This document shows positions 39,501-49,926 of a DNA stretch of 64,000 nucleotides, one piece after another. Below the pieces are notes generated by a model, which ran no database searches, was not told where the DNA came from, and saw only the letters and a list, made by a program, of their open reading frames with translations. This stretch comes from Phallusia mammillata (taxonomy: Eukaryota): positions 30,566,001 through 30,630,000 of the forward strand of contig OZ281497.1 in the NCBI GenBank assembly GCA_965637545.1, in the 5' to 3' direction. Made by a program: the position numbers and the translations under genes. Position 1 is the first letter of the stretch, and each line of letters opens with the position of its first letter.

Positions 39501-42477
39501 ATGGCGAATTTGCGTATTGGTTCAAGCTGCATTACAACTTTGGTTATTTCCATCACTTGTAATCGCATACGAATATTTTTCTTTTTTATTGTATTGTACA
39601 CCAAGGCTGTTTTTTTGTACTTTTTTTTATTGGTTGTGCGTTGATTTTTAATAGTTTTCTGTTGTCTGATTATTACTATATTTTGGTGCATGTGTTGTTG
39701 CTTTTTGTGTATATCTAACATTATTATTTTCACAATTGCACATTTTACATTATTTTCCACGCCTTTGTTTATATTGAACCATATATGTATATGATATACA
39801 CAGCCATTTTTACTTCTTAGCAAACAAAGACACCATTATATACCGAAACATGTAACCATCAATTTTATTCAGCGTGATGCAAAAGTGAATAAAGTTTCGA
39901 CGCGACATGCGAGGTCAGTGTAACTAATAATAATTTGACGATAGTAACGTGGCGTTGTTTTAACTTTCGTTTGAGAGAATTTCGACAGTTTGGGCCTCGT
40001 TGTGTTTGTGTTCTTTTATGGTTGTATGCGTAGTGATATAGTGTCCAGTTGTGGAAAATTTTTTTTACAAATAAGAGATTCAAATTGTAATTGACTGAAG
40101 TTGGCTGCTACGAAAATTATGCAAAAACACATATCTTAGATTTTAAAACAACAATTTATGCACAAATCCCAGTGTTACCGGTTTCTCTCTGTGTTGAATC
40201 ACGAAGGAAAGATTCTCGTAGTCAACTGGGAGGAGAGATGATTGACGAAGGTCGAGCTCATCAGGAAGTAGGGAGGCCACAGATGAAGCAATCTCCGGAT
40301 CATTTGACTCATGAGCCCAGCTGCAAACCTGCATGATTTCTCCTTTACTGCTGAACTTCGGCTTGGACTGGATGAATTTCAGAAGCAAAGATTTCTTTTG
40401 CTTCCAATCTTCGAGGGAACTTTCAGGAACAACTGGCTCGAGTTGATCGAAAACCGAAGAATCGCAAATCCCGAAAACAAACTTGGAAACAACTTCCCAT
40501 CTGTCGTCATTAAGTTGTTTGAGGATTTTCTCAAACTTATCGGGGGACATGATCATCATCAGGTAGAAAGCAACAAAAAACTCTTGCCAGATAAGATGAG
40601 AGAAATATCGAACTTTGTGGCCATCCAATATCGTCAGCTTGAGATTCCCGTGCTTTGTGACTGACGTGTTTGTAAATGCACCGGCTGTGGATTCCTTGAT
40701 ACCTGCTTTTGTGAATGCTTTTAACTTGAATACGATCTTCATCTTTAGAAATGCATCATAGGCCAACTTCGCCAGTTTGTCCAACTCACCTTCTTGGTCC
40801 CTTAAATGGTTGGTTGTGAGATATTGGCCACAAGTGAAAGCAAGGACTCGAGTGAGTGAAACAAAGTGAATATCTCCATCGTAATTCATCAAGTACACTA
40901 GTGTCAATATAAAATTGACCGGAACATAACAGTAAGCGAATACATTGCGGTTTTGCTCTAGTTTTTGTTGTACATCTTCATATCTGTCTTCACATATCTG
41001 ACGTCCAAGTTCATTTTGTGATGTTGGGGTCAATCCAAGTATTTGAACAATAAACCTGGGTCGATATGAAGGATGGAGCTTGTATAGCTGAGTTGGTCGT
41101 GACGTGATAATCTTACGAGCACGTGGAAGCAAGTTTCCTCCCGCCAAATGCTTCAGGTAGTTTTCCGCCCTGGATTTCGAATATAGTTGGGGTTCGGGAA
41201 CTTTAGTGGAGAATGATTTAAAAGCTGCCTCGTCACATCCGTCGAAAATCATCACAACATTTGGATCATTGCAAATGGCTTTTAGAATGCTTTTTTCTTG
41301 TTCCAAAGTGTAATCTTGTTGAATCGACATGGTGGAGAGAAGGAACTCAAAAAGTGTCATCTTTTTTTTAAAATCGATGTGCCTGACCACAATGTAAAAG
41401 AAGAAGGAAGTTTCTCCGAACAACTCTCCTCTTAAACCTTGCATGGCCCACTTTTTGGCTGAGGTCGTCTTTCCTATTCCAGCTTGTCCGACCACACCGA
41501 CCACGTTTCCATGTTTTTCCACGTAATCTTCTTTGGCTTTTGCTTCATCCGGTTTGAATTTCCATTCCGCTTCTTGTTGCGCTGTTTCTTTTGCACGAAC
41601 AAACATTTCTTCACCAGTGATCCCACTTTGTGGTATGTTGTAAACCTTTGCAAGCTCCTTTCTGCTGCGATAATGTCCTTCTGCTTGAAACTCATTATCA
41701 ATTCGCTGTGGTTTGTCTACTATGGCAAGGTTGACAGGTGTTATTTTCCGTTCAGCAATATCAGCTAGAGACGATTCTTCACTGGCGATTTCTTGTGCTC
41801 TTTGTTTGAGCAACGACATCAATTCTAAAAAAGAATTAAAATACTCATGTTTTCCGTGGTACTTCGTTGATGTTGAAGGTTTATGTTCAGAAAACCTCTG
41901 CCTTTGTGCCGATGATGTAGATGTATCGGGGAGATTGGATGTAGTTTTTTCATCTAAGAATTGTGGAGCAGGCAACTGAGACAAGCAGTGAGCTTGTTCG
42001 GGTGAGGGGGACGTAGTAGGGAGTTCAGGTACAGTTTCCTCATCTAAATGGTGTTGAGCAAGCCACTGAGACGAGCAGTGAGCTTGTTCGTATGTCTGAT
42101 ACACTGTTACATGTTGTGTGAAGTGTTGTTGATAGACTGGAGCGTTGTAAACTGATCCAGTTGTGTGGATGTTTGTGTCTCCAATCTGAGGTGCTTGTTC
42201 GCTTTCCTGCACAAAAAGAAGATTTGAAGAAGAATACGGTATGATATTGTGTAATACTTACCAAGTTGAAAACCAAATTCCTGCCCTGCACATCAACCGG
42301 CAAAGGATGGCCTGAGCTTGATTGAGGTATCATAGCCCTGGATTCTTCCGTTGCGCTGTGCTGAGGTACAACGTCACCCTGTCTTTGGACCGTGTTTGAT
42401 TGGGGATCAGCATCATCTAGTTGTTGGATCAAGCGAGGTTGGGGTTCAACCGTACCCGGGTCGTCCATTGTAAAGAA
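342..42477 (-). CDS. Multi-exon NLR-like receptor gene (low-complexity N-terminus, NACHT, ribonuclease-inhibitor-type LRR array); about 1232 aa from ATG 42468 if all exons are included
   Basis: Manual exon chain, all junctions phase 0 with GT/AG: 42477-42262, 42206-40179, eight LRR exons, 506-342. NACHT motifs and LRR consensus recognised by eye. The 5' end may extend further upstream. Confidence 0.85.
2224..2385 (-). CDS. LRR exon 8: LKKLELSHNKIDNKGTALLGPCLHNMEQLILEGCEIESEGVKKLCDGVKKLRKP
   Basis: aataag|CTG...CCG|gtaaat; 162 nt, open, phase 0-0. Confidence 0.85.
3320..4255 (+). mobile_element. LTR-retrotransposon remnant (partial LTR, PBS, gag with CCHC knuckle), copy 1
   Basis: TGGCGAGC PBS at about 3402; CFHCNGDRHSARKC zinc knuckle in ORF 3627..4076. 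Confidence 0.75.
8700..9245. mobile_element. Non-autonomous element with internal direct repeat, (GAAAAAA)n tract and terminal hairpin (Helitron/Helentron-like)
   Basis: Internal ~160-bp direct repeat; 9-bp stem GTCCCCTTC/GAAGGGGAC at 9221-9241; absent from sister duplicons. Class assignment is inference. Confidence 0.3.
10427..10863 (+). mobile_element. hAT-type MITE with TAGGGATGTACCGA TIR
   Basis: Copy of the 15727-16198 element; degenerate TSD. Confidence 0.65.
10957..11118 (-). CDS. LRR exon 7: LKKLDLTNNKIGNTGTASLAPCLHNMEELILARCEIRSEGVEKLCDGVKKRRKP
   Basis: tataag|CTG...CCG|gtaaat; 162 nt, open. Confidence 0.85.
12085..12299 (+). mobile_element. hAT (Charlie-like) MITE, 215 bp; further copies at about 3110, 17393-17607 and 20499
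   Basis: CAGTAGTTTTCAAAC...GTTTGAGAACCACT TIRs; perfect 8-bp TSD CTGTAGCG. Confidence 0.8.
12301..13350 (+). mobile_element. LTR-retrotransposon remnant, copy 2 (LTR 12301-12498 TGTAGC...GTTACA, PBS, decayed gag)
   Basis: TG...CA termini, TGGCGAGCACG, gag fragments in ORFs 12619 and 12846. Confidence 0.75.
15727..16198 (+). mobile_element. hAT-type MITE, 472 bp
   Basis: TIR TAGGGATGTACCGA / TCGGTACATCACTA; perfect 8-bp TSD GTTATTAG. Confidence 0.82.
16292..16453 (-). CDS. LRR exon 6: LKTLDLSNNKIGNTGAASLAPCLHNMEQLILRGCEIESEGVEKLCDGVKKLTNP
   Basis: aatcag|CTG...CCG|gtaaat; 162 nt, open. Confidence 0.85.
17609..18660 (+). mobile_element. LTR-retrotransposon remnant, copy 3
   Basis: Homologous to 12301-13350, with different frameshifts. 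Confidence 0.7.
19518..19679 (-). CDS. LRR exon 5: LKILDLSHNKIGNTGATSLAPCLHNMEELILYGCGIESEGVEKLCDGVKKLGKP
   Basis: aatcag|CTG...CCG|gtaaat; 162 nt, open. Confidence 0.85.
20700..21615 (+). mobile_element. LTR-retrotransposon remnant, copy 4 (LTR 5' part deleted)
   Basis: Homologous to 3320-4255. Confidence 0.7.
21909..22953 (+). mobile_element. Non-autonomous hAT element, 1045 bp; truncated copies at about 4450-5230 and 13650-14470
   Basis: TIR CAGGGGTCCGCAA / TTGCGGACCCCTG; TSD CTATAACA/CTATATCA (7/8). Confidence 0.8.
25392..25553 (-). CDS. LRR exon 4: LKRLDLSYNKIGNTGAVSLAPCLQNMEQLILWGCGIGSEGVEKLCDGVKKLTKP
   Basis: aatcag|CTG...CCG|gtaaaa; 162 nt, open. Confidence 0.85.
28092..28253 (-). 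CDS. LRR exon 3: LKIFDLSCNKIGNRGAASLAPCLHNMEELILRGCEFGSVGVKKLCDGVKKLTKP
   Basis: aatcag|CTG...CCG|gtaaaa; 162 nt, open. Confidence 0.85.
30781..30945 (-). CDS. LRR exon 2: LKILDLSGNEIGNTGAALLGPCLHNIEEQLILDECGIGSKGVEKLCDGVKKLTKP
   Basis: aatcag|CTG...CCG|gtaaaa; 165 nt (one extra codon, in frame); visible inside ORF 30751..31023. Confidence 0.88.
33406..33567 (-). CDS. LRR exon 1: LKILDLSFNEIGSTEAASLSPCLHNMEQLILIACGIESEGVEKLCDGVKKLTKP
   Basis: aataag|CTG...CCG|gtaaag; 162 nt, open. Confidence 0.85.
33838..37577 (+). mobile_element. Tandem small LTR element: LTR(33838-34278)-internal-LTR(35065-35513)-internal-PPT
   Basis: TGTAGCG...TAACA LTRs, PBS TGGCGAGCACG(T/C)CAGGA after each, GAGGGGAA polypurine tract before 35065 and at about 37568-37575. 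Confidence 0.75.
35810..37123. mobile_element. 1.3-kb insertion with CACTGT...ACAGTG ends
   Basis: Interrupts the second internal copy relative to 34570-34620. Confidence 0.4.
40179..42206 (-). CDS. NACHT NTPase exon (676 aa) of the NLR
   Basis: Walker A GVVGQAGIGKTT, Walker B VVMIFDGCDE, sensor-1 IITSRP, winged-helix FSHLIWQEFFVA, HD2 RWEVVSKFVFG. Acceptor ttctttttgtgcag|GAA; donor ...EKP CCG|gtaaca, phase 0. Confidence 0.93.
42262..42477 (-). CDS. N-terminal low-complexity exon (FFTMDDPGTVEPQPRLIQQ...GRNLVFNL)
   Basis: Donor TTG|gtaagt and a 55-nt intron in frame with the NACHT exon; acceptor caacctag|TTC; in-frame ATG at 42468. Confidence 0.7.
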
Positions 42478-42899
42478 CTAGGTTGTTTTTCACGTGATTG
42501 TAACAAGGTTTGCGTTGGCCTTCTGTTTGTTTTATTTCTTCCACGTCACAAGTTTTCTTTCAGTATGACTGGAGCTTAACAATTTCCAAAATATTGGACC
42601 AAAACTACATCAGTTGTTGAAACGCAACATGTCTATTTTCAAAGTAAAAATGTTGTTGTTACAACAATGTGGTCCTATACCTACAAAAAGAAAGTAAAGT
42701 TACAAACCAAGGTATCTAAAAGTTATAAAGTCATTAAGGCTGTAATACAACACGAACCTTCATCAAAATGCAAAAAGTACAGAGTTGTGCAACTGTGAGG
42801 GAGAGAAAACAAAATTGTGAATAACTAACTGATAAATATAAAAATAAACCAGTGGTCCTCAAGATAATACACTTCAAGAAAAATGAAACGGTACACGCG

Positions 42900-43715
42900 G
42901 GCTTTTGCTTCCCGACTAAGCGGATGTGCGTGAGCTCGCGTCTCGATAGCAAGTCGCAATAAAACAAAATGGCGGAAACACAGCAATAAATACAATGACG
43001 AAATGACCATACACAATCAAATACAAGTAGGTCACTAATAGGAACCAGAAAATTAGAAAGGCAGACGCGCGCTTGTGTTCGGGAGATTTGCGTGAGTTCG
43101 CGTTTCGGTAGCTGGTAGTAAAGAAACAAAATGGCGACATAATAAACTTAGGACAAAGTCCCTCATTGGCGGACGGTCGGCCAATCAGGAGGCTAGAAGT
43201 CTCAAGCGGGATCGTATAATAAACTGGACACAACTAGGAAGAAAACTGAAATAATAGGAGAAGTCTCCGATTCTAAATTTAGGGTCGTTAGGCCGGTTCC
43301 TCAGTTCGGAGGTGTTCACTTCAAAGAACCGCTTGCCATCTAGGACGCCCCGTCCTTTAGCTTCTCGGCTTTCTTGATGGTGCCGAGCCTCGCAGGTAGT
43401 TGCGCACATCATCAACTGAAAACCTGGTGGAGTTTCTTGATAACAATTACCAACGTCCACTCCTTAAATCGACAGACCTCACAGTTTTCAGTTAGGTGAA
43501 CAGTTCTTGACCCATCTCACGGGTTCGGCAAGTGAAGTCCGTGTGAGCCCTCTTCGTTCTACGATCCCTGCCGGGTTGCGGACAGAAAAGTGTATCTGGT
43601 TGAGCATTTTATAGATAAAGTGTCGCGTCTTCTTCAGTGGACACTTCGCGAGAACCTCGGTGTCATGATGGAATGGAGTAATCCTGCGTTGGAGGCCTAG
43701 GTTAAGGACTTTGTT
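42900..43715 (-). mobile_element. Retroelement-like fragment of uncertain class
   Basis: GC-richer block with decayed ORF (KVLNLGL..., reminiscent of Penelope-type RT N-termini) and promoter-like CCAAT / AAAATGGCG motifs. Class is a weak inference. Confidence 0.25.
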
Positions 43716-43775
43716 TCATGCAGAAAGGGCTGATCGGTGATCGGTACATGCTGGTGCGTTTTCGTGCACACCTAC

Positions 43776-44090
43776 ATCCGGCATCAAGTATAAGATGAGA
43801 TTGGGTTCAAAATCATCTGGTTTTTGGGTCAAGTTAGGTTGGGGTTCAGTACTATCTGGTTCTTGGTGGGTCAAGCTAGACTGAGGTTTAACATCAGCTG
43901 TTCTTTTAGTCATGCTGGGTTGGGGTTTAGCATCATCTGGTCCTTGGGTTAAACTGGATTGGGGTTCAGAATTATCTGGTCAAGCTGGATTGGAACTGGG
44001 TTCTTCGAGACAGGTTGGACTTGGTTGCTTTGTTATCACTTTTGCGGGATGAATTAATCTTTTTTAGATAGTTTATTGCCCATCCGTTAA
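43776..44090 (-). pseudogene. Candidate upstream exon with 13-14-aa repeats (PDxxEPQSSLTQ-type) carrying a frameshift
   Basis: Repeats resemble those of exon 42262-42477; candidate tttag|TT acceptor and GAT|gtaggt donor; the frame breaks at about 43975. Confidence 0.4.
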
Positions 44091-45288
44091 CTAAATTCTA
44101 TTTTGACCTCTTATCTTTGCGTTAAACTGTTTTGTTTTGTAACATTCACACAGTTCTGTCCTTCCTTCGTTTGTTTGTTGTTGTCAAAAACATTTAAAAA
44201 TACATCACGAGTCTTAAATACAATGAATTACAATCAGGGTCAGATTTTTAACGCAAAACTATTATTACAGCAATGTGGCCCTACATCTCCAAAAGAGGAA
44301 AAAACATGAAAGCAAAAAGTTATGAAACCAACTAATTACAACATGAACCATAATCTAAATGCACAAGTGAAGAAATTGAACAATCTGGACTAATCTTAAC
44401 AATAAACTTCTTATTTGAAAACATTCAAACGTGCAAACAGGTTGTTCAATCCAAGTTGTTAACAGCCTGTTTATCTGAACACATTTGACTCATGTGCCTA
44501 TGGTCTTATCAAACAATACAACAAGTATATTGGTAGGAAATGAAAAAACCTTCACTAAACCACTTTGTGTTTCAACAAAGAAATTCGGGCCGAAACTTCG
44601 GCAAAGCGGCATATTCGGCTGTGTTTTAGCCATCCTAACATCGGTGCATCACTAGTTACAACTGAGATGCAAGTCTATGCGATGATCTGTGACTGGCGAC
44701 CACACCAGGCAGCAAACACAAACAAAGCGACAAACGCTGGGTAAAATGGTAAACTAACCCAGAAAGCTTATGGAAAGCAAGAAACCGCCAAACACATAGT
44801 AAACCTCGCATTAGTTCAACATCCAAACTTATCACATTAAACAATCATAATCTTGAATCAAAAAACTTAATTCTCAAATTTTTTTGCTGCAACGACAGTA
44901 ACAAAGACCCCACAGATGTCGTACACATCTGTGGGACAAATATCATGAACAAGTTTCGTTTCACACCTAGAATGTTAAATCTTCTATGAAACAAATAACA
45001 TTTCGATTTAACGGTTATACTAAAGTATTTCAGTTACGAAATTGTTACATAAACAACAGGGTTTTTTAAGGTGATTTAATCAAATACGTTACTGCGTCAT
45101 ACAAATTGTCACATGCAATCTGTTTTATTACTAATTTTTAATACTAATGCTTATTATTCTTAATGTACTCAAACTGTTCGATAAACTATTTAGAATAAAG
45201 ACAGGCACCAAAGTAAAATAAACACAACTTACCACTCGCTTCTAAATATTCCCTCTTTAAACGCAATAGCATTACCACAAAAGCTCAC

Positions 45289-45375
45289 CACTCATCTTCT
45301 TGCGAAACTGGAGCATGGATAAGTAGAAGGGCAGATCAGGTATTGCTGGCGCACCTAGTAAGCGCATGTAATGTC
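45289..45375 (-). other. Candidate 5' exon with ATG (MRLLGAPAIPDLPFYLSMLQFRKKMS), phase-1 donor
   Basis: atatttgttgacag|...AGTG|gtgagc; homologous to the 97-nt cassettes at 49830, 51135 and 52161. Confidence 0.4.
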
Positions 45376-46293
45376 CTGTCAACAAATATATTTAAGATTA
45401 GGATTGCTTGTCATTAGTTTAGGTTTATTAACGAATTGCCATAAGCATCCAGTTGACAAACGCAAGTGTAATTAAGGTTTCACAGTTTTGCCATAAAATA
45501 ATACTGTGGTCAAAAACATCAATCTCAGTTCATCACCCACCACGCTTTGAAATAGGAGGGAACTTTAAGCATTTTTGGCAAGTTCTAAATGCTTTTGCCA
45601 AACGACGCAGTTAAGTGCCACGCGCTTCGAGCAAGTTTGCCGAAAGTTTTGATTTCTGACATGAAACAAGCCAAAGGCAATAACTTGTACAGGGGTAATT
45701 ATAAACACTTGAAGACATTTAAGTTCAATGTTAACCAACCATTTTTTGAACCTAGCTTCGATATGGACATAATTGATAAATTGCGTAATGAGTTTCAAAA
45801 CGTTGGTAAGAACAGGCAGAATTCAAACCAGTGTGCTTTTAACATGGAAAAACGTTTTACAAATCATTGGGAGGAGTATCACCTCAAATCGGACACACAT
45901 CTTCAGAGATTAGTTGCATGTGATGTGCAACAAGCTCGAGATGTCGTGTGTGCCGAAAGTAGACGAGTCGTGTCAAGGAGGAAAGACTCCACCTCTTCCA
46001 CATCCAGGCCATCAAAAACGGCCTGCACCTCGGAGGGCACCGGACAGGAGTTCTACAACACTCAACACCACGAAGACAAGAGTGCTGCATCTCGAGTGCA
46101 GTTAAGCCTCGTGGTTCCCGTGGTGTTGAGGTGAGCGCTTATGAGGTTAAACCTCGTGGTCCCCGTTGTGTTGAGGTGGGTGACCATTAGATGCATCCTT
46201 CTAGTCCCAGTTGTTGCGGTGGGGGCACCCAAATTGTATCGCTTTGGTACCCGTGTTGCATAAGCGCTCACCGCACAGCGCAACAACTAGAAT

Positions 46294-46810
46294 GATGCAT
46301 CTCAAGAGCAACCACACTCAACACAAAGGGGGGCAGAGTGATGCATCTCAAGTGCAGCCACACTCAACACAATAGAGGCCAGAGTGATGCATCTCAAGTG
46401 CAGCCACACTCAACACAAAGGGGGACAGAGTGATACATCTCAAGTGCAGCCACACTCAACACAAATGAGGCCAGAGTGATGTATCTCAAGTGCAGCCACA
46501 CTCAACACAATAGAGGCCAGAGTGATGCATCTCAAGTGCAGCCACACTCAACACCAAGGAAGCCAGAGTAATGCATCTCAAGTGCAGCCACACTCAACAC
46601 AATAGAGGCCAGAGTGATGCATCTCAAGTGCAGCCACACTCAACACCAAGGAAGCCAGAATAATGCATCTCAAGTGCAGCCACACTCAACACAAAGGAGG
46701 CCAGAGTGATGCATCTCAAGTGAAGCCACACTCAACACAAAGGAAGCCAGAGTAATGCATCTCAAGTGCCGCCACACTCAACACAAAGTGGGACAGAGTG
46801 ATACATCGTA
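46294..46810 (+). repeat. 46-bp minisatellite, about 11 copies (GATGCATCTCAAGTGCAGCCACACTCAACACAATAGAGGCCAGAGT)
   Basis: Unit starts at 46294, 46340, 46386 ... 46800 with exact 46-bp period. Confidence 0.92.
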
Positions 46811-46959
46811 CCCCGACTTTCACACCACGGTAACCACATTAATACATTTCAGGTGCGCAAACCCCAACACCACGGAACCAGATCAAGGACACAAGGTCGC
46901 ATCTCTGGTGCCAAGACCCAAGTTTCAGTCGGTTGCTGCTTGTTATATAAACTATGTGA

Positions 46960-49290
46960 GCGCCCGCCTAAACAACGCAGGGACCGGAAGGCTGAATCTC
47001 ATCAGCGCCCACATCAATAACACGGGGACCAGAAGGTTGCATCTCATCAGCGTTCACCACAAAAACACGGGAACCAGATGATTGTACATCATCAGCGCCC
47101 ACCTCAACAACAAGGGGACCAGAAGGCTGCATCTCATCAGCGTTAACTTCAACAACACGGGGACCAGAAAGCTGAACCTCACCAGCGCCCACCTAAATAG
47201 TACGTGGACAGGAAGTCTGAACTTCAAGAGCGCCTTCCTCAATAACACGGGAACCAGAAGGCTGCATCTCATCAGCGCCAATTTTAACAACAAGGGGACC
47301 AGAAGGGTGCGCCTTATCAGCCACTTCTTCCTGCCCATCCTAACAACACGATGATCAGAAGGCTGCATCTCATAAGACTCATATACACCAACCTTAACAA
47401 CACTAAATGCTGCATCTCATGAGCGCCCACCTTAACAACACGGAACCAAAAAGCTGCATCTCATGAGCGCCCACTTCTCCAACATTGGACCAGAAGGTTG
47501 TAACACATAAGCGCCCACCTCAACACAACGAGGACTAAAAATCTGCATCTCATGAGCGTCCACCTCAACAACAGGGGACCAGAAGGTTGTGCCACATAAG
47601 CGCCCACTCTAACCCCACAGGGACCAGAAGGATGTATCTCATGAGCCCCCATATCAAAAACATGGGGACAAAAAAGCTGCATCGCATGAACGCCCACCCC
47701 AACAACACGCGGACCACAATGCTGCTTCTCATGAACGCTCTCCTCAATATCACGAGGACCAGAAAGCTGCATCTCATGAACGCCCACCTCAACGCCCTAG
47801 GAACCAGACGCCTCCACCTAGTGAGCGCCCTCTTCAACAACACGGGGATAAGAAGGCTATATCTTATGAAGGCCCACCTGAACGCCCTGGGGGCCAGACG
47901 GCTGCAACTCATGAGCGCCCACCTCAACAAAAATGGGACCAGAAGGCTGCATCTCATAAGCGCCAACCTGAAAAACATGGGGTCCTGAAGTCTGCATCTC
48001 ATGAGCGTCCACCTCAACATCATAGGGACCAGAAGGCTGCACCTCATGAGCGCCTTCCTTAACATCATCAGGACCAGAAGTCTGCATCTCATCAGCGACC
48101 CCAACAACACCACAGGGACCAGAATGCTGCACCTCATGAGAGCCCTCTTTGACAACATGGGGACCAGAAGGCAGCATCCCATGAGCGATCACCTAAAAGT
48201 CCTAGGGACCAAAAGGATGCATCTCATGAGCGCTCTCGTCAACATCACGGGAACCAGAAGGTTGTATCTCTTAAATGCTCACCGCAACACAACGGGGACC
48301 AGAAATCTGTACCTCATGAACTCTCATCTCAACGCCCTAGGAACAAGAAGACTGCACCTCATTAGCGCCTCCTTAACAACGCGGGGACCAGAAGGCTGCA
48401 TCTCATTAACGCCTACATTGTCAATATGGGGACCAGAAGACTGCATCTCATTAACGCCTACATTGTCAATATGGGGACCAGAAGACTGCATCTCATAAGC
48501 GTCCACCTCAAAACACCGTAACCAAAAGGCTGCATGACATGGGCTCCCACCTCAACGCCCTAGGGACCAGACGGCAGCACCTCATCAGCGCCCATCTCAA
48601 CGCCACAAAGAACAGAAGGCTGCACTTAATGAGCGCCCACCTCAACAACACAAAGACCAGAAAGCTCCATTTTATGTACGCCCACTTCAACAACATGGGA
48701 ACAGAAGGCTGGACCACATAAGCGCCTACCTCAACACAAAAAGAACCAGAAATCTGCATCTCATGACCTCAACAACGCGGGGACTAGAATTCTGCATCTC
48801 ATGGACGCTTTCCTCAACATTACGAGGACCAGAAAGCTGAATCTCATAAAGCCCACCTCAACGCCCTAGGGGCCAGACGGCTGCACCTCATGAGCGCCCA
48901 CCTTAATAAAATGAGACCAAAAGGCTGCATCTAATAAGCACCAACCTCAACACAACGGGGACCACAAATCTGTACCTCATGAGCGCCCACTTAAACATCC
49001 GGGGACCAGAAGTCTGCCCAACATGAGCGCCCTCCTCAATGTCATGGTGACCAGAATTCTGCGTCTCATCAGCGACCACCTCAACACCACATGACCAGAA
49101 TGCTGCACCCTACGAGCGACCTCATCAACATCACGGAGACCAGAAAGCTGTATTTCTTGAACGCCCACCTCAACACAACGGGGATCAGAAAGCTGTACCT
49201 CATGAGCGCTCACCTCAACATCCGGGGACCAGAAGTCTGCATCTCATCAGCGACCACCTCAACAACACGAGGACCAGAAGGAAGAATCAA
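46960..49290 (+). repeat. Degenerate 45-bp minisatellite, about 50 copies (CTGCATCTCATGAGCGCCCACCTCAACAACACGGGGACCAGAAGG)
   Basis: 15-aa periodicity in ORFs of both strands (LHLMSAHLNNTGTRR / GAHEMQPSGPRVVEV) with frame switches and stops. Confidence 0.9.
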
Positions 49291-49829
49291 ATTAGCGCCA
49301 ACCCCAAAAAGATGATGGATTGCACTGGCTAATTAAAATCTTAAAAATCAAAACTTTTCTTACAAAAAAACATAAACAGTGCAGATACCCTTCTAACTTG
49401 TAAGCCACAAGGAAAAAAAATTAATCAAATTTAAACTTTTCAAGAATGACAATAAGGTTTCATTAGCAACGAAATTTATAACTTTTATGACCTCATAACC
49501 TCTTCGTGCTTCGCTTCCGGCGTTTGTCTCATCTCGTATGCCACCAGGTGTCACACTAGAGCAAACGTAGACTGCGAAGTGCAACTTGCGAACAATTGCG
49601 GTCTGATAAAAAGTGTTACTGAACGTATCACCCCAAAAATGAAATTCTGTGTGGAATATAGAGCAATATAAGCAAAGCAATAAAATTTTTGCGAAACTTC
49701 GCTTGCTTTGCAGAAGCTCAAATGTTACTTTTGTAGCAAATTACACCAAAAAAAGTTGCTTTAATCCAACTAAATGCGGTAAATACATTTTTGTTGTTTG
49801 TTTTTTGAACGTATTGACACAAAGCTCAC

Positions 49830-49926
49830 CCCTCTTGTGATCGACCAATCTAATACAACTGGAGCATGGAGATGTGGAAGGGCGTATCAGATCTTGCTGT
49901 CGCACTTGGCAAGTGCAGGTAATGTC
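49830..49926 (-). other. 97-nt exon-like cassette, copy A
   Basis: ctaaccacttatttttgttgacag| ... |gtgagc. Confidence 0.45.

Noticed and set aside
40060-40178. Dscam-style docking site after the NACHT donor
   Set aside because: Best complement to the conserved cassette motif is only about 6 nt (CTACGA), which is chance level.
46294-46810. 46-bp repeats as a CRISPR array
   Set aside because: Head-to-tail units with no unique spacers, eukaryotic context and no cas genes.
46960-49290. 15-aa reading LHLMSAHLNNTG resembling the LRR motif LDLSHNKIGNTG
   Set aside because: Opposite strand to the NLR, lacks the conserved Asn, only about half the nucleotides match, and frames are interrupted; likely coincidence.
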